From contig MCFE01000504.1 of NCBI GenBank assembly GCA_002104905.1, forward strand, positions 1-64,000: a stretch of 64,000 nt of DNA. Reading direction: 5' to 3'. Both the position numbers and the translations under genes were made by a program. Shown one piece after another: positions 13,699-25,760 of the stretch (its first letter is position 1; every line of letters starts with the position of its first letter). Origin of the DNA: Basidiobolus meristosporus CBS 931.73. Its lineage: Eukaryota; Fungi; Basidiobolomycota. A model generated the notes under the pieces. That model was not told the DNA's origin. It saw only the letters and a list, made by a program, of their open reading frames with translations, and made no database searches.

Positions 13699-14502
13699 TG
13701 TGGTGGTGTAGAGGTACTCCTGGGAGAAACTACACAACTCAAGGTGTGTGAGGTGTCTGATGGGTGCAATAACCTCTGTGTCTAAACTGCTGGTGTCTTT
13801 GTCAATATGCCACTATGGTAAAAGCACCTGCTTCTCTAGCTTCCTAGGTGCTCCAAGTGTCTCCAAAGGCCTCTGTGTGTCTTGTGCACTACCCTGAAAA
13901 GCTCCTTGATTGCAGGTCTGAGATGTACTGTTGAAGGCAGGTGCAGTGATCAACTGCTAATCAATAAGGTAGAAGTGTTACTGATAGAAGGGATGATTTA
14001 TTGATGAGGGATTGCTTTCCCTTAAATACTTTTCCTGATTGCCAAGTGATTACTAATGACAAGGTTCTAGAAGATTCAAGGTATCAGTGGAATTCTTGAT
14101 GACATCACTATGAGCTAAAAATATGCCAAGAATGTCCTGGAAGGTTCTAAAAGGCACAGCACTCTCAACCAATCAGGAATCAGTAGTCTGAAACCTGTGC
14201 AACATAGAAATACCATATATGGTATTGAAATGGTAGAGATGGTAACACAGACCTAGGTCATGTGTCACGGGTACTTACGCGGGTACTTGCCTTATATAGA
14301 TACATCTACTGATCACAAAGCTGAATAACATCTGGGATAACTAATGCTAATAACTAATCAGGGTAAACTTCATATGGGGATAATACTGATAATATAGGCA
14401 AAAGAAGAATGGGATAATACTGATAAGATAAAATATGGATAAGTATATCACAATGACTATATGAATAAACTTGTCTGTGGGAGGTATGTTTACCCTACCA
14501 CA
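13699..14502 (-). repeat. Solo LTR family A between the two PHIS ORFs
   Basis: tgtggt...accaca termini; exact 4-bp TSD gcgc at 13695-13698 and 14503-14506; reverse complement of the 7036-8095 family. Confidence 0.9.
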
Positions 14503-14815
14503 GCGCGATCTACGTTATTTATCTGATTTTTAATACATTATGGTTAAATCTCCATCAATTACCATGTATCCCATCATTATGTTGCAAAAATCATCCGCAA
14601 ACAATGCCTTGGTACTTTTATTGATGCTTTACTCATAGGTCTATAATCAAATAGGAAATCTGCAATTGATGTGATCTGATCCGTGTCAACGTGATCCAAG
14701 ATGCATCATGCATAATATATGGAGATTTCAACAATCACGTTAGTTTTCATATATATTTCATATAAGACCAGGTTGATGCCAATATACTGCTGTATAAGTA
14801 TTCAAATCTGTTACT

Positions 14816-16078
14816 ATGGTCCCCATACCAAGCCTCAACTCATCTTTAGTACAACCCAGACAAAACCCATCCCCCAGCTCACAGGTGCGGTCCGGACCAG
14901 AGAAGTCAATGTTAGATCCGTTTGAGTTCTTGCCAAATGATTTTAGTATGGCCCAAGTGTCTATGATGAGCCTTCATACAGATATTTGGGCACTACTGAT
15001 TAATCTAGCAGAACTAGATACCTCAGAGAGTCAACAAAGATGGAAGAATTTGATTAGAAAGCTGTGGCATGAGTTCTACATCAAGATGCCAGCCAATGTA
15101 TGTAAAAAGATATATATCAAGACAAGTATTGAAATCAAGAATGAGCTGAGAGTGAGGGGATTTGACGAAGAAGCCACGTGGGAACAATTTTGCGCGCAAT
15201 TTGCACAGTATAGGCTGGACGCGTCCGTTTGTGCCTCAACTTTGGGAACCAAAGAGATTTTGAATGAGTTTTTGCCTCAAATGACTAATGTACTACGTGA
15301 TATATTAGTAGAGCTAAGTGGCTTCCGAGAGCAATATACACAGGACTCATCCAGGCAACAGCTCCAAAGTATCAGACAGAGGGTAAGTGAATACCTTGAG
15401 GAATCAGATGGTGAGCTTCAGGAGGAAGAATACAGACCACAAGCAACATCGTCCAGATTGCGCCAGCACGCCTTGCTGGATTCCCTACCTTCTCTTGCAA
15501 CCACAGCGTGCCGGCGCACGTCAGTCCAGACCACGCCAACACCCTTTACCAGAATGCCCCACGTTGAGTCAACGTGCATTCAGTCAATGCGCGCTGGGTC
15601 AACACGCGCGCTTCAGAGCAAAACTACAAGAACTTGCCAAACTGCTCATTTAGACACGAGTCCATTGGAGCGGACCAAGTCGCGTCAACATGCGGCATCA
15701 CATTGAACTCAGCCAAGGGCCATCTTGACGCGTCAAGGCGTGCCTGCGCGTGCCGTTTTGCCTGACCATCAGCAAGTTACTTCTGGTGAACTGACTGATG
15801 ATGACCAACATGAAGTGCGTCAACCACCGGAGCCCTTGGCAAGTAAAAGAATGCGTCAGCATGTGGCACTACAGGCCAGTTCAGTTTGTTCAGTCGGAGC
15901 AATTCAGCGCGGCCAAGCTGCAGCATTGCACTCATCAACTAGGAGGCAAAATACTGACTACAAATACACAAGTAGCCAAGATGATAGTCAGCCAGGAAGT
16001 AGTATAGGTGTGCAAAGTGAGTCACTACCAAATGCTTCAGTAGTAATCCCTGTGAGAAAAAAACCCAGGAGAAGATGA
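14816..16078 (+). pseudogene. PHIS ORF2 (unknown protein, about 390-420 aa) with one in-frame TGA at 15704-15706
   Basis: ORFs 14816-15706 and 15725-16078 share a frame; Trp-containing helical N-terminal region; recurring RQH motifs; basic C-terminus VRKKPRRR (NLS-like). Confidence 0.6.
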
Positions 16079-18172
16079 TGCAATTGCTTTGAATTGCTTA
16101 CATTTGTAATGATCCCAACAACCCTTTTTTTTTTGCGATCCAAATTGAGCCATCGCAAATCAGTGATCATCACATTTTTGATATAAGTAATATCAAGGTT
16201 GTCTCACATATGAGACAGAACCCCTATAAATAAACACCCTGCATATATATACGTCATCTGTAATACCAGTGCAGCTATTGGATCTGTTTTGCACCTACAC
16301 AATTGCTTGCGTGCTAGCTATGACACCTTGTCCAATCACTAGGATCAGGGATTTACTTGCTCAATGGGCAAAATGGGATATTTGATGGCAAATCAGGTAG
16401 CTTTTTCAGTAGTCAATGAGCCAATTGGGGGCTGCCAGCTTCTGGATACTTTTGGACCAATTAATCACTGAGATACCGTCCAATTGGAGTGAGGGTAACC
16501 AAAATGGTAAGTATCAGTGTAGTTTATAGTGTGATACACATTTATTTCCATTTACATTAAAGAAACATATCCAAATACTGGATTTTACCTGCCATTATAG
16601 CGGTATCCAATCGCGCACATGATGCAAACATTACAAGTTGGCGTGATCATCCGTGCCGACCTCATTGTTTCAGATTGTGCCATAGTGTGCAAGATTGTCC
16701 CGCATAGTGCAAAATTGTCCAAGAACAATCTTGCCTTCTGGTAGCTATGATATCGCGCCCAATTGTTCTTTACAACTGCGGATTGCGCCGCACGCCCTGG
16801 CACGGTACAATGGAACAAGTCTAATATTCTGACAAAGTTTTTTGTGAAATCTGAGGTGCAATTATTTTTCAATGGTCTCTGGACAGTGTCCTGATAAGAT
16901 CAGTACCTCTTAGTCATGGGACTTTAGCTTTGTGACGGTCTCTTGATGGGATCATCTCAATAATTTTTCATATGGTCATTGACCAGTCCTTTGTCCAGAA
17001 GCACTAAATCCCCACTCTCCTGTAATCCTGTCCTCTCCAAGTAGAACTTATTGATGGAAGATCCCTCTCCTCTGGTGGCATTACACATGAGACACATCTA
17101 TTCCAGCTCTTCAGTACTGGTCACCCTAAGACAATAGCCTTCTACATCACCCACTCTCTGCACTACCCATAGTCCTTGCAAGCTCATGGCTTAGTCATCA
17201 TAACCAGCTATTAGCTGGAAGACAAAAGCCTTGACATTCCCCAGAGTCCATTATGTCAACTTCATGAAAGCACCTGACTTCTCAGGTGAGGAAGTAAGCT
17301 ACCATGAATTCAGGAGCTCCCTCCAATGGAATATCTGCCATGTATCAAAGTTTGCCCAAATCTTTGAAAAGAAGCCAGCACAACTACTCCTGGCACATGG
17401 ACCCAATGATTGTCCCATTGACCACAAAGACAGAAAACCCCTCCTTTTGGCCCTATCTACAATCACTCACCACCTGAGATGGAAAAACCCCATAGCTATA
17501 TCAAATAAAACCTCCAGGAAGACTTTATTCAGTACTCCAAGCATAAAGCTGGTGCTTCAATCCTCTTTTTCAAAAAAAAGGATGGTACCCTTAGGATGTT
17601 TGTAGTCTACCATGCACTGAATAAGACCAAAATCAAGAGCTGCTACCCTTTGCCCCTGATCAACAACTTGTTGGAGCAACTCTCTGCCACCAAAGTATTT
17701 ACAAAACTGATTTCTGAGCAGCTTATAAAGTTGTCAGAATCAAGCCTGGTAATGAATGGGAACTGCTTTTGGAGCAAGATACAGTCACTTTGAGTGTAAA
17801 TTTATGACATTTGGTCTCACCAAGGCCCTAGCTGTCTTTCAGCACCTGATCAATGAGATATTCCATGAGTACCTTGCCCAATTTGTAGTTATCTACCTTG
17901 ATAATATCCTGATTTATTCCAAGACTCAAAATGAACATAATTTCCATGTGAAGAATGTCTTGGCCATGCTTGATGTCACTGGCCTCTATGCCAAACTGGG
18001 AAAATGGGAGTTTGACCAGAAATAAGTTGAGTTCCTAGGTTATCTTATAAGCTCAAATGGAACAAGAATGAACCCCAAGCAAGTAGAAGCCCTCCAGTCC
18101 TGGAAAACTCCCTATTCTGTAAAGAGAGTGCCATCCTTCCTTGGATTTGCTAGCTTCTACTGCAGATTCATT

Positions 18173-18906
18173 AGACTTGTTCCGTTGGATAGTGCCACAT
18201 TGAGCCATGAGTGCCAAATGATGCCATAGTGTGCCAGAGAGGTCAACTGAGCCTATACTTGGCCACAGAGTGTGAAACCTAGCTCTGCATCTTCATGTAA
18301 AGCAGCCCCTGTGTTTCACCCATTGCGCAGGAGAAAATCCATTTTTTGACCTTTTTTTGTGGACCAATGTAGCTCAGGATGTGAAAGAGCACAGGAGAAC
18401 AGAAGATATGCATCTGGTACTCAATACCCATGGCACTCTGAATCTAGCTCCTGTAGCTTGTATCATGTCACAAAAATGAATGGCACTATCTTGGTCTACT
18501 GGTACTATCTGGCACTATATTTAAATATTAGCCCTAAAGTAAGATCTATACAAAGCACTTATAGTGCCAGATAGTACCAGTGGACCAAGATAGTGCCATT
18601 CATTTTTGTGACATGATACAAGCTACAGGAGCTAGATTCAGAGTGCCATGGGTATTGAGTACCAGATGCATATCTTCAATTTGCTTTTGCTCTAACACAT
18701 CCTGCACAACATTGATCTAAAAAAAAAGGTCAAAAAATGGATTTTCTCCAGCACAATGGGTGAAACACAGGGGCTGCTTTGCATGAAGACGTGGAGCTAT
18801 GTTTCACACTCTGTGGCCAGGTAGAGGCTCACTTGGCCTCTCTGGCACACTATGGCATCATTTGGCACTCATGGCTCAATGTGGCACTATCCAATGGAAC
18901 AAGTCT
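18173..18906. mobile_element. Fold-back MITE (734 bp; two 347-bp inverted arms and a 40-bp loop), TSD ATT
   Basis: agacttgttcc...ggaacaagtct; att at 18170-18172 and 18907-18909; removal restores RT frame aga ttc att gcc aac. Confidence 0.92.
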
Positions 18907-20246
18907 ATTGCCAACTAGTTCAAGATAGTCATTCCCCTGACAAAGCTCACCCAGGAAATCTGCCCTTTGTCTGGAACAAGGAACAGTCTGAGTCCTTTGA
19001 TTCTATCAAGAAATCCTTCTTGTGTGCCCCACTCCTGGCCCACCCTGACCTTAAGAAACCTTTCATTATAGAAACCAATACCTCTGACTTTGACCTTGGT
19101 GCCTTCCTTTCCCAGTATGATGACAATAATGTGCTACACCCTATTGCATTCTGCTCTCAAAAATTTACTCCATCTGAAGTAAACTAAGATATCTGTGACA
19201 AGGAACCACTTGCAATCATTATTGCCTTTGAATAATGGAGACACTACCTTGATGGTGCAGCCTATAAGAAAAAGATCTTCTGTGAGCACAAGAACCTTGA
19301 GTACTTCACCACCTCAATAGTATTATGCCATAGACAAGCCAGATGGTCCCTCTTCCCATCTACCTTTGACTTTGTTATTACCTAGAGACCAGGAGTGAAA
19401 CAAGGAAAACCTGATACCCTGTCCAGAAAGATGGAGTACTACTTTAAGGAAGGGGATGATGCCTGTCAGTAAAGGAGCAACTCTGTACTCAACAAAGGTC
19501 ACTTTGACCTCCTTGCAACCCAGTCCTCCAGTACTTTAGCTTCTTTACTCCTTGAAAAGTCAAGACAAGCCAGGCCACCACTCCACAGCACAATGCTCAA
19601 GAAATATCTCAAGTCTCCCACTTATCCACCACCCAAGTTCCCAAACCTCCAGCATCTACATTTAGTTGATGACAGCATCTATCACTGGCACCAACTGTTT
19701 GTCCCAGACCTTGATACCCTGTTAGATATCATCTATTCTTGCCATGACTCAATGGCTACAGGACTATTGGTACTGCCAAAACCATGAGTGCAATCAAGAG
19801 AGACTTCTGATGGCCTGAAATGATATCACTTGCCAAGGAGTACCTCCAATCCTGTGATATAAGTAATAGTGCAAAATCTGCCAGACACCAGATATATGGA
19901 CTTCTACAACCCTTGCCAATCCCTGACAAGCAATGGAGGTCAATTTCAAAGGACTTCATAACCAACCTTCCAGAATTCAAACAATTCAATTCTGTCCTGG
20001 AAGTGGCAGATAGACTCAAAAAATGGCTCACTTCATTCCCTGCCCCAAGAAAATAAGTGCCAAGGAGACTGCACACCTAGTGATCAAGAACATTTTCCAG
20101 CTTCATGGTATCCCAAGTGACATTGTATTTGACAGAGGACCTCAGTTCATATCAAAATTCAAGAAACACTTAATGCAATATCTTGGTGTACAAGTCAAAC
20201 TCTGGACTGCTTTCCATCCTCAGTCAGATGGTCAGACTGAATGAGC

Positions 20247-21446
20247 TGTTGTAATGGAAAGTATTCCTTTACTACAATATCTCAAAACCAATATTGCACT
20301 CATTTCTTTATTTTGCTTTTTTGCTATCATAACTCACAGGTGATAGATCAAGAATTTACGACTTTGAAGGACAAATACTCCAGACCCTGAAAGGCAATCC
20401 TTCAACAAATATTATGTCATACAGAACACACAGTAGCCAACACATGTTTCAAATTGCAGCTCATTTGTAGCAGTACTTCTATATTCTAGGTCTTTATTGC
20501 TAGGATCACTACAGTGACTTTGATAGCATGTAACATTTGAACCAGCCAATCAAATCACATGATATTTTCATAGGTGCTGCGTCTATGTCCAATCTGTGCT
20601 ACTGCAGAGTTTTAGAGTTGTATCACGTTTATTAGTTGCGCAATTGCCCAAAAACTTTGATCCTTCAGAAATTTCATATATATGACTTCCCCAGCTGAAA
20701 CATAAAGGAGAGCCTCTTTTTCCAGAATCTCCACACTACAATTACAAGCTTAAAAGTTATAAGACTTCCCCTGCATCACTTGCATTGTTAGTATTCAGAT
20801 TTTGACTGGTACCACATCAGTAAAGAGACTGCAAAGCTCACAAGTATCCAATCTAATTTCTACAAGAAACAACAGCTTTTCTGTTGGAAAAGTCCCCTCT
20901 AAGAAACCCCTCTACTCTAAAGACACCACTTTAGTCTAAAGACTCTTTAGAGACCATTTTAAGAGGCCCCTTTACTCTAAAGAAGCCCCTTTAGGCATCC
21001 CTTTAGTGTAAAGTCCACTTTAGAGACCACTACAAGAAGCCCCTTTTACTCTAAAGACACCCCCTTAGAAACCCCTTTAGGTCTAAAGACTCCTTTAGAG
21101 ACTTTTACAACACACTCCTTCAGGTTAAAGTGGAGCTCAGAATCTCCATATTAGGAAATGTCTTCTTGGAAAGGAAAGTGACTTCTAAATAAGGAGAAGT
21201 TACTGTAAAGGCAAATAAGCCCATTAGTTGCCAGAAGGTCAGAACACTGCTGTAGAAGTGAGAAATACTGCCTATAGTATATTTTGAGCCTATAATTGTG
21301 GGTATTAGTGAAAGTTATATCTTCTATTGGTATATTAAACTCCCAATGAGCTATTTTGGTATCAGCATACTGGAAGCTGTTGTATATTGTTATTTAGCCT
21401 CTACATTGTAGAACAAGCCCCAAACTAATCATAATACAACACAGTA
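20247..21446 (+). repeat. Solo LTR family B inserted in the gypsy integrase
   Basis: Starts tgttgtaatgg after gagc and ends before gaac; contains a TATA-like tatatatg and the palindromic repeat array at about 20885-21110; second copy at 4029-5010. Confidence 0.8.
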
Positions 21447-22249
21447 GAACTAAACAGATCCTTGAACAATACCCCTGGTGCTATATCAACTATCAGCAAG
21501 ACAACTGGACCCAGCTGCTACTACATGCAGAATTTGCCTACAACAACTTATGTCATAGTGCAACTGGTGCACCCATTTTATGCAAATTATAGTTTTCATC
21601 TGCATTTGATATTCAGATTGCAACAAACCCTATAAGCCCCCAGCAGCTGAACATGCATCAACAATTCTAGAAATCTAAGAAACACTCAAGAGGGAACTAT
21701 CCATAGCCTATGGGGGAATAAGAAGGTTGCAGACAACAAACAACAGCCTAGCCCCAAGGTTAATGAAGGAAATTTAGTATGGCTCTTGCAAAGAAACATT
21801 GCTACCAGCAGCCCATGTGACAAATTAGACTATAGGAAACTAGGTCCATTCAAGATCAAGAAGAAACTGAGCCCAGTTGTATACCAACTACAATTACTTC
21901 CAGGTATGTAGATCCATGACACAGAAGAGGTGAATAGTGTCATGATTGAATGACATCCTTGATCATTTATGATTTGACCAAATTAAGTTGGTGAAGAAGT
22001 CCTGGTTCCTTCTAGAAAGTGCTGCTACATTGAAGCAACTTCTGGAAAGCTCCAAGTCTATGTTACACAATGGGACTTTCCATGGAAGCTTTGCTTTGAA
22101 ATTTATGTGGCTCAATACCATATATGCTAAATGCATGTCACATGGCCTAGTCACATGATCAGCAGACTCTTGGCTTATCCCCATGTGATGTTCTAGACTA
22201 TTCTTTAGTATATTTTTATCTCAGCACACTTACTGCTGTGCATATGAGG

Positions 22250-23371
22250 TTACCCTTTTACTTTGTACACAGACCACCAAGCCATTGTCAATATCCATAC
22301 TCAAAAGACTTGGACTCCAATGCTTACCAACTGGCTTGATACTCTACTTGATTATGAACATACAGTTATTCATTGCCTAGGTATCCTCAACATCCTGTCT
22401 GACCACCTTTCAAGCCTTTTCCCAACTTCAACTTGGGAGGGACATGTGAATACTGACATAATCAGTAAGCTTACTACAACTTCCAAAATAAACCCTCAAC
22501 TGGATTCAACAACTTGGAAAATCCCACATGCTAATGAAAGGAAAATTTTGATACATAGTCATTCAATTGGCCACTTTGGAGCTGACACACTTATGAAGAG
22601 GCAACACTCTGATGGATATCACTAGCCAAATATCAATGCTGACTGCATAGAATCTGTCAAGTCTTGCAGAGATTATCAACTTTACAATATCAGCCGCCAC
22701 ATACTGCCCCTTTGAGTCCCATCTATGCAAGCCTTCCTATAGACCATATTGCAATTGATCTAGCTGGACCTTTCACCACTGGTGATGATAGTAATCACTA
22801 CCTCTTTGTAATTGTGGATGTCTGCACATGTTTTGTCTTCCTCAAAGTTATCCCAGACAAGTATGCAGCCACTATTGCGCAAGCATTATTCATGCTCTTC
22901 TGCCTATTGGGATTCCCCAAGATCATTCAATTGGATAATGGAACAGAATTTGTGACTGACCTGATCAAAGCCCTTTGCCAGAATATTGCCATTGCTCACC
23001 ATCTGATACTCCCTATCATCCCAAAGCCAATGGACTTGCTGAAAGACATGCTCAAACCTCAGTGAACATCATCAGGAAATCTATCAAAGGTATCAAGAAG
23101 AATTGAGACAAGTACATTCTATCAGTACAGTACACTCAAGCTTATATCTCAAGACCTAGTTACTTCTAAATCCTATGAAGTTGAGGCTATTGTTGACTAT
23201 GATGGAGAAGAACCAAATTGAGATTGTTTAGTCAAGTGGAAAGGTTATAATGCCAAACACAACACTTGGGAACCTTACACCAACTTTGATGATGTTGCCA
23301 TCATTGATCAGTATTGGAGCCACAGGGGAACCCAGAAGGTATCAGAAAACTCCACTCCAGGGAGGAAGTGA
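22250..23371 (+). pseudogene. Second gypsy family (chromovirus): RNase H end, integrase, chromodomain, polypurine tract
   Basis: FTLYTDHQ, IAIDLAGPF, IIQLDNGTEF, YEVEAIVD...LVKWKGY...NTWEP; agggaggaag just before the LTR. Confidence 0.85.
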
Positions 23372-23970
23372 TGTTGTGCATCAACACTTAAAACTTAGCC
23401 AATCTCACTCCGTTAGAAAACCAGTACCCTAACTGATTCCCCCTAACCAAAGCATAACTAATCTCTGTTATGGTCTATTTTATCACTTCTCAGATTCTAT
23501 TTTTAGCTGTCACACCTGATTAATCTTTAAGTGGCCATTATGTCCTCAACTGATCTGCCAAGTCTTTTCAAAGGATGAGTCATCTGAGTTCTTTCCAATC
23601 ACTTAATAGTTGCCAAGATATCAGCTGATTATTGATGCAATTTGTCATTTATCTTATGCACCTATTAACCCCCAAAAAGATTTCAATTAATCCAGTCTCT
23701 TGGCACTTACTAATTCAACTTGATCAGAAATATATAAATAAAGATTACTGAACCTTTTGGTTTAGTGTGTGTCTCAACAAAATCAAGATTGTTCCTCAGC
23801 AAAGTTAAGAATTCAGCAATTCTGTTCTAGTTTCCACCCAAGCCTAGCATATCTAGCATTCCCAAGAACACCAAGCCTAGCCTGCATAGCAAACCAACTC
23901 TGTTGCATTTATAGCCCAACTCAGCTATATACAAAACCAATATTAGACCGGAACTTCTCTACTGATAGCA
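23372..23970 (+). repeat. LTR family C, shared between upstream pol 3' end and downstream gag
   Basis: tgttgtgcatcaacac... aligns with the solo LTR at 61446-62060; 3' limit approximate. Confidence 0.8.
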
Positions 23971-23989
23971 TTGAAAATCTGCCAAACCT

Positions 23990-25760
23990 TGCTCTGCATC
24001 AGCCACCAATAAGTCATGCCTTTGGATTCTCCAGATTTACATCTCCCTCTAGACCTGCCCTGGTGGTTGTCCCAAGATCATTGCCTCTTTGTGCTGAAGG
24101 AGCCAATGCCATAAGGAATCCTACTGAGTTTTTTTACAAGTGTGATCATGTCTTAGCTGTGCACCAGCTTGATCCCAATACCAATTGAGCTAGACTTTTG
24201 TCACTCTGTCTCACCATGCAAGATGCTGACTGGGATGAAGTGAGCATTCCTTCCAATGGTGCATGGAAAGTTGCCCAAGACCTCTTTTGCGGCCATTTTG
24301 AAGATCCCCTCAAGAATGCATATTTAAGCTGCAACTTATGAAAACTAAAATGCAAAAAGATGAATCTGTGCAACACTTCTGTGATAGATTCTAGAGACAA
24401 ATGAGTTAGCTGGAGTTAGTGATGACAATCCATTGCTTACTTCTCATTTTCTTTCAAGCTTTTCACACCAGATACAAAGCAATATTGCTATTGTCAAAGC
24501 ATGCAACCCTGCATGCACTTATGACAAAATCTCAGAGATATATATACTTGCAATCACCATGACTGCAGCTGTTAGCCAGGCTTCAGGCAACTCAACTCAA
24601 GAAGCAGCCACAACCAGAAAAGAGAGCAGTCATATGACCAAGAAGTAGTCAACTGCTACAAAGCATTGTGAGCTTCATGAAAGATGCTATCACTCTACTA
24701 CTGAATGCAAAGGCATCACTAAGCAGTCAAACAAGGCAGGAAACACATCAGAGAAGCAGCAAAATACCAAAACTGATAATCCATATGCTGATGAAAATGC
24801 TTTAAATGTGGACCAATGGGACATAGATCACCTGCCTATCCTGAAAAGAACTCTACTGCACCAGCAAAGATTACCAGATCCTAGATGAAAATTCAACCAA
24901 TGAAATGACAGGGTATGAGGAAGCATATGAAGAACTTACAGCTCAAGATTATCACAACCTATTTGAAATTCTGGCTAAAATTGCAACTGTTGAAGAGAAG
25001 AAGCAACCAATTGTGCAGCCAAAAGCTATTGAGGTGCCACTCAAACTCAATGGCCAATCATATGTAGCAATACTGGACACTGGATCATCAACTCTATTGT
25101 ATCACCTAGTGTGGTCAAAGAACTCAATTTTAAATAGAAAAGCAACCAGAAAAAATCATACTTGCAGCTGAGGACCTCTCAGCCCTAAAAATTGTAATCA
25201 CTGACCCAATCAGCATGCAGTGTGGTTCAATGACTATAATCCATCAAATGGAAGTTATTGATATTCCAGATGTACCCCAGGTAGTCATTGGTCTAGACAC
25301 CTTCACCAAACCTGGCTTTCACATAGGTGGACTACCAGTTTTATACCCTGGAATCACTAAGTATCAGCCACTCAGAATGAATCAGATTCCAGCAATTATC
25401 TCTCCCCATCTGGAAGTAGTGGAGTCAACCACAACTTTTCAAGCATATTCTCAATCAGTCAAATTGGAAATTCAGCCAGCCATTGAATGAAACTAAGCCA
25501 TTCCCAGGAACAGCTTCTGCACTATGCCAGAATCCATTGTTATGCTAGAAACCCCAGCTGGTGAGTCAACATGGAGGAGGCAATACCCAATTCCACATTC
25601 TTGTCAACACTTAGTTGATGAAATAGTCCAAAAGTGGGCTGACATTTGAGTTATCACTCAAGCCCCTGTCAACACAACATTCAACAGCCCTTTGATGCTT
25701 GCACCCAAGAAGGATGCTTATAAAAATCTAACTCTGAAGAGACCCGGTTTGGACATTTGT
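23990..25760 (+). pseudogene. Gypsy gag, protease and start of RT, truncated by CACTA fragments
   Basis: Protease YVAILDTGSST; RT start WRRQYPIPHSCQHLVDEIVQKW...FNSPLMLAPKKD. Confidence 0.75.

Larger units (their letters stand above)
12581..16822. mobile_element. PIF/Harbinger-like (PHIS) DNA transposon with two divergent ORFs
   Basis: TIR agacttgttcc(g/a)ttg at both ends; TSD aat at 12578-12580 and 16823-16825; encodes a DDE_Tnp_4-type transposase. Confidence 0.9.
5893..16975. mobile_element. EnSpm/CACTA (CMC) superfamily DNA transposon with CCCTATG termini and 3-bp TSD (TCA)
   Basis: Left end ccctatgaaaaat, right end atttttcatatgg. tca at 5890-5892 and 16976-16978. Removing the element restores gypsy protease tgt ttc att gac (CFID). 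Contains a Tnp2-type transposase and a divergent ORF2. Confidence 0.85.
2377..21920 (+). mobile_element. Degenerate Ty3/gypsy LTR retrotransposon (outer host of the nest), split by four insertions; 3' LTR not found
   Basis: Order is LTR, gag, zinc knuckle (CPYCGQQGHLAKSC), protease (ALIDFGASSCF|IDQSFVQKH rejoined across 5893-16975), RT (VIYLDNILIYS), RNase H (ETNTSDFDLGAFLSQ), integrase (HPQSDGQTE...QILEQY rejoined across 20247-21446). Ends approximate. Confidence 0.85.
16979..21920 (+). pseudogene. Gypsy pol (protease end, RT, RNase H, integrase), degenerate; interrupted by MITE 18173-18906 and LTR-B 20247-21446
   Basis: YPLPLINNLLEQL, FGLTKALAVFQHLINEIF, YLDN, PLPIPDKQWRSISKDFITNLP, DRGPQFISKF, KLDYRKLGPFKI. 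Confidence 0.9.
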
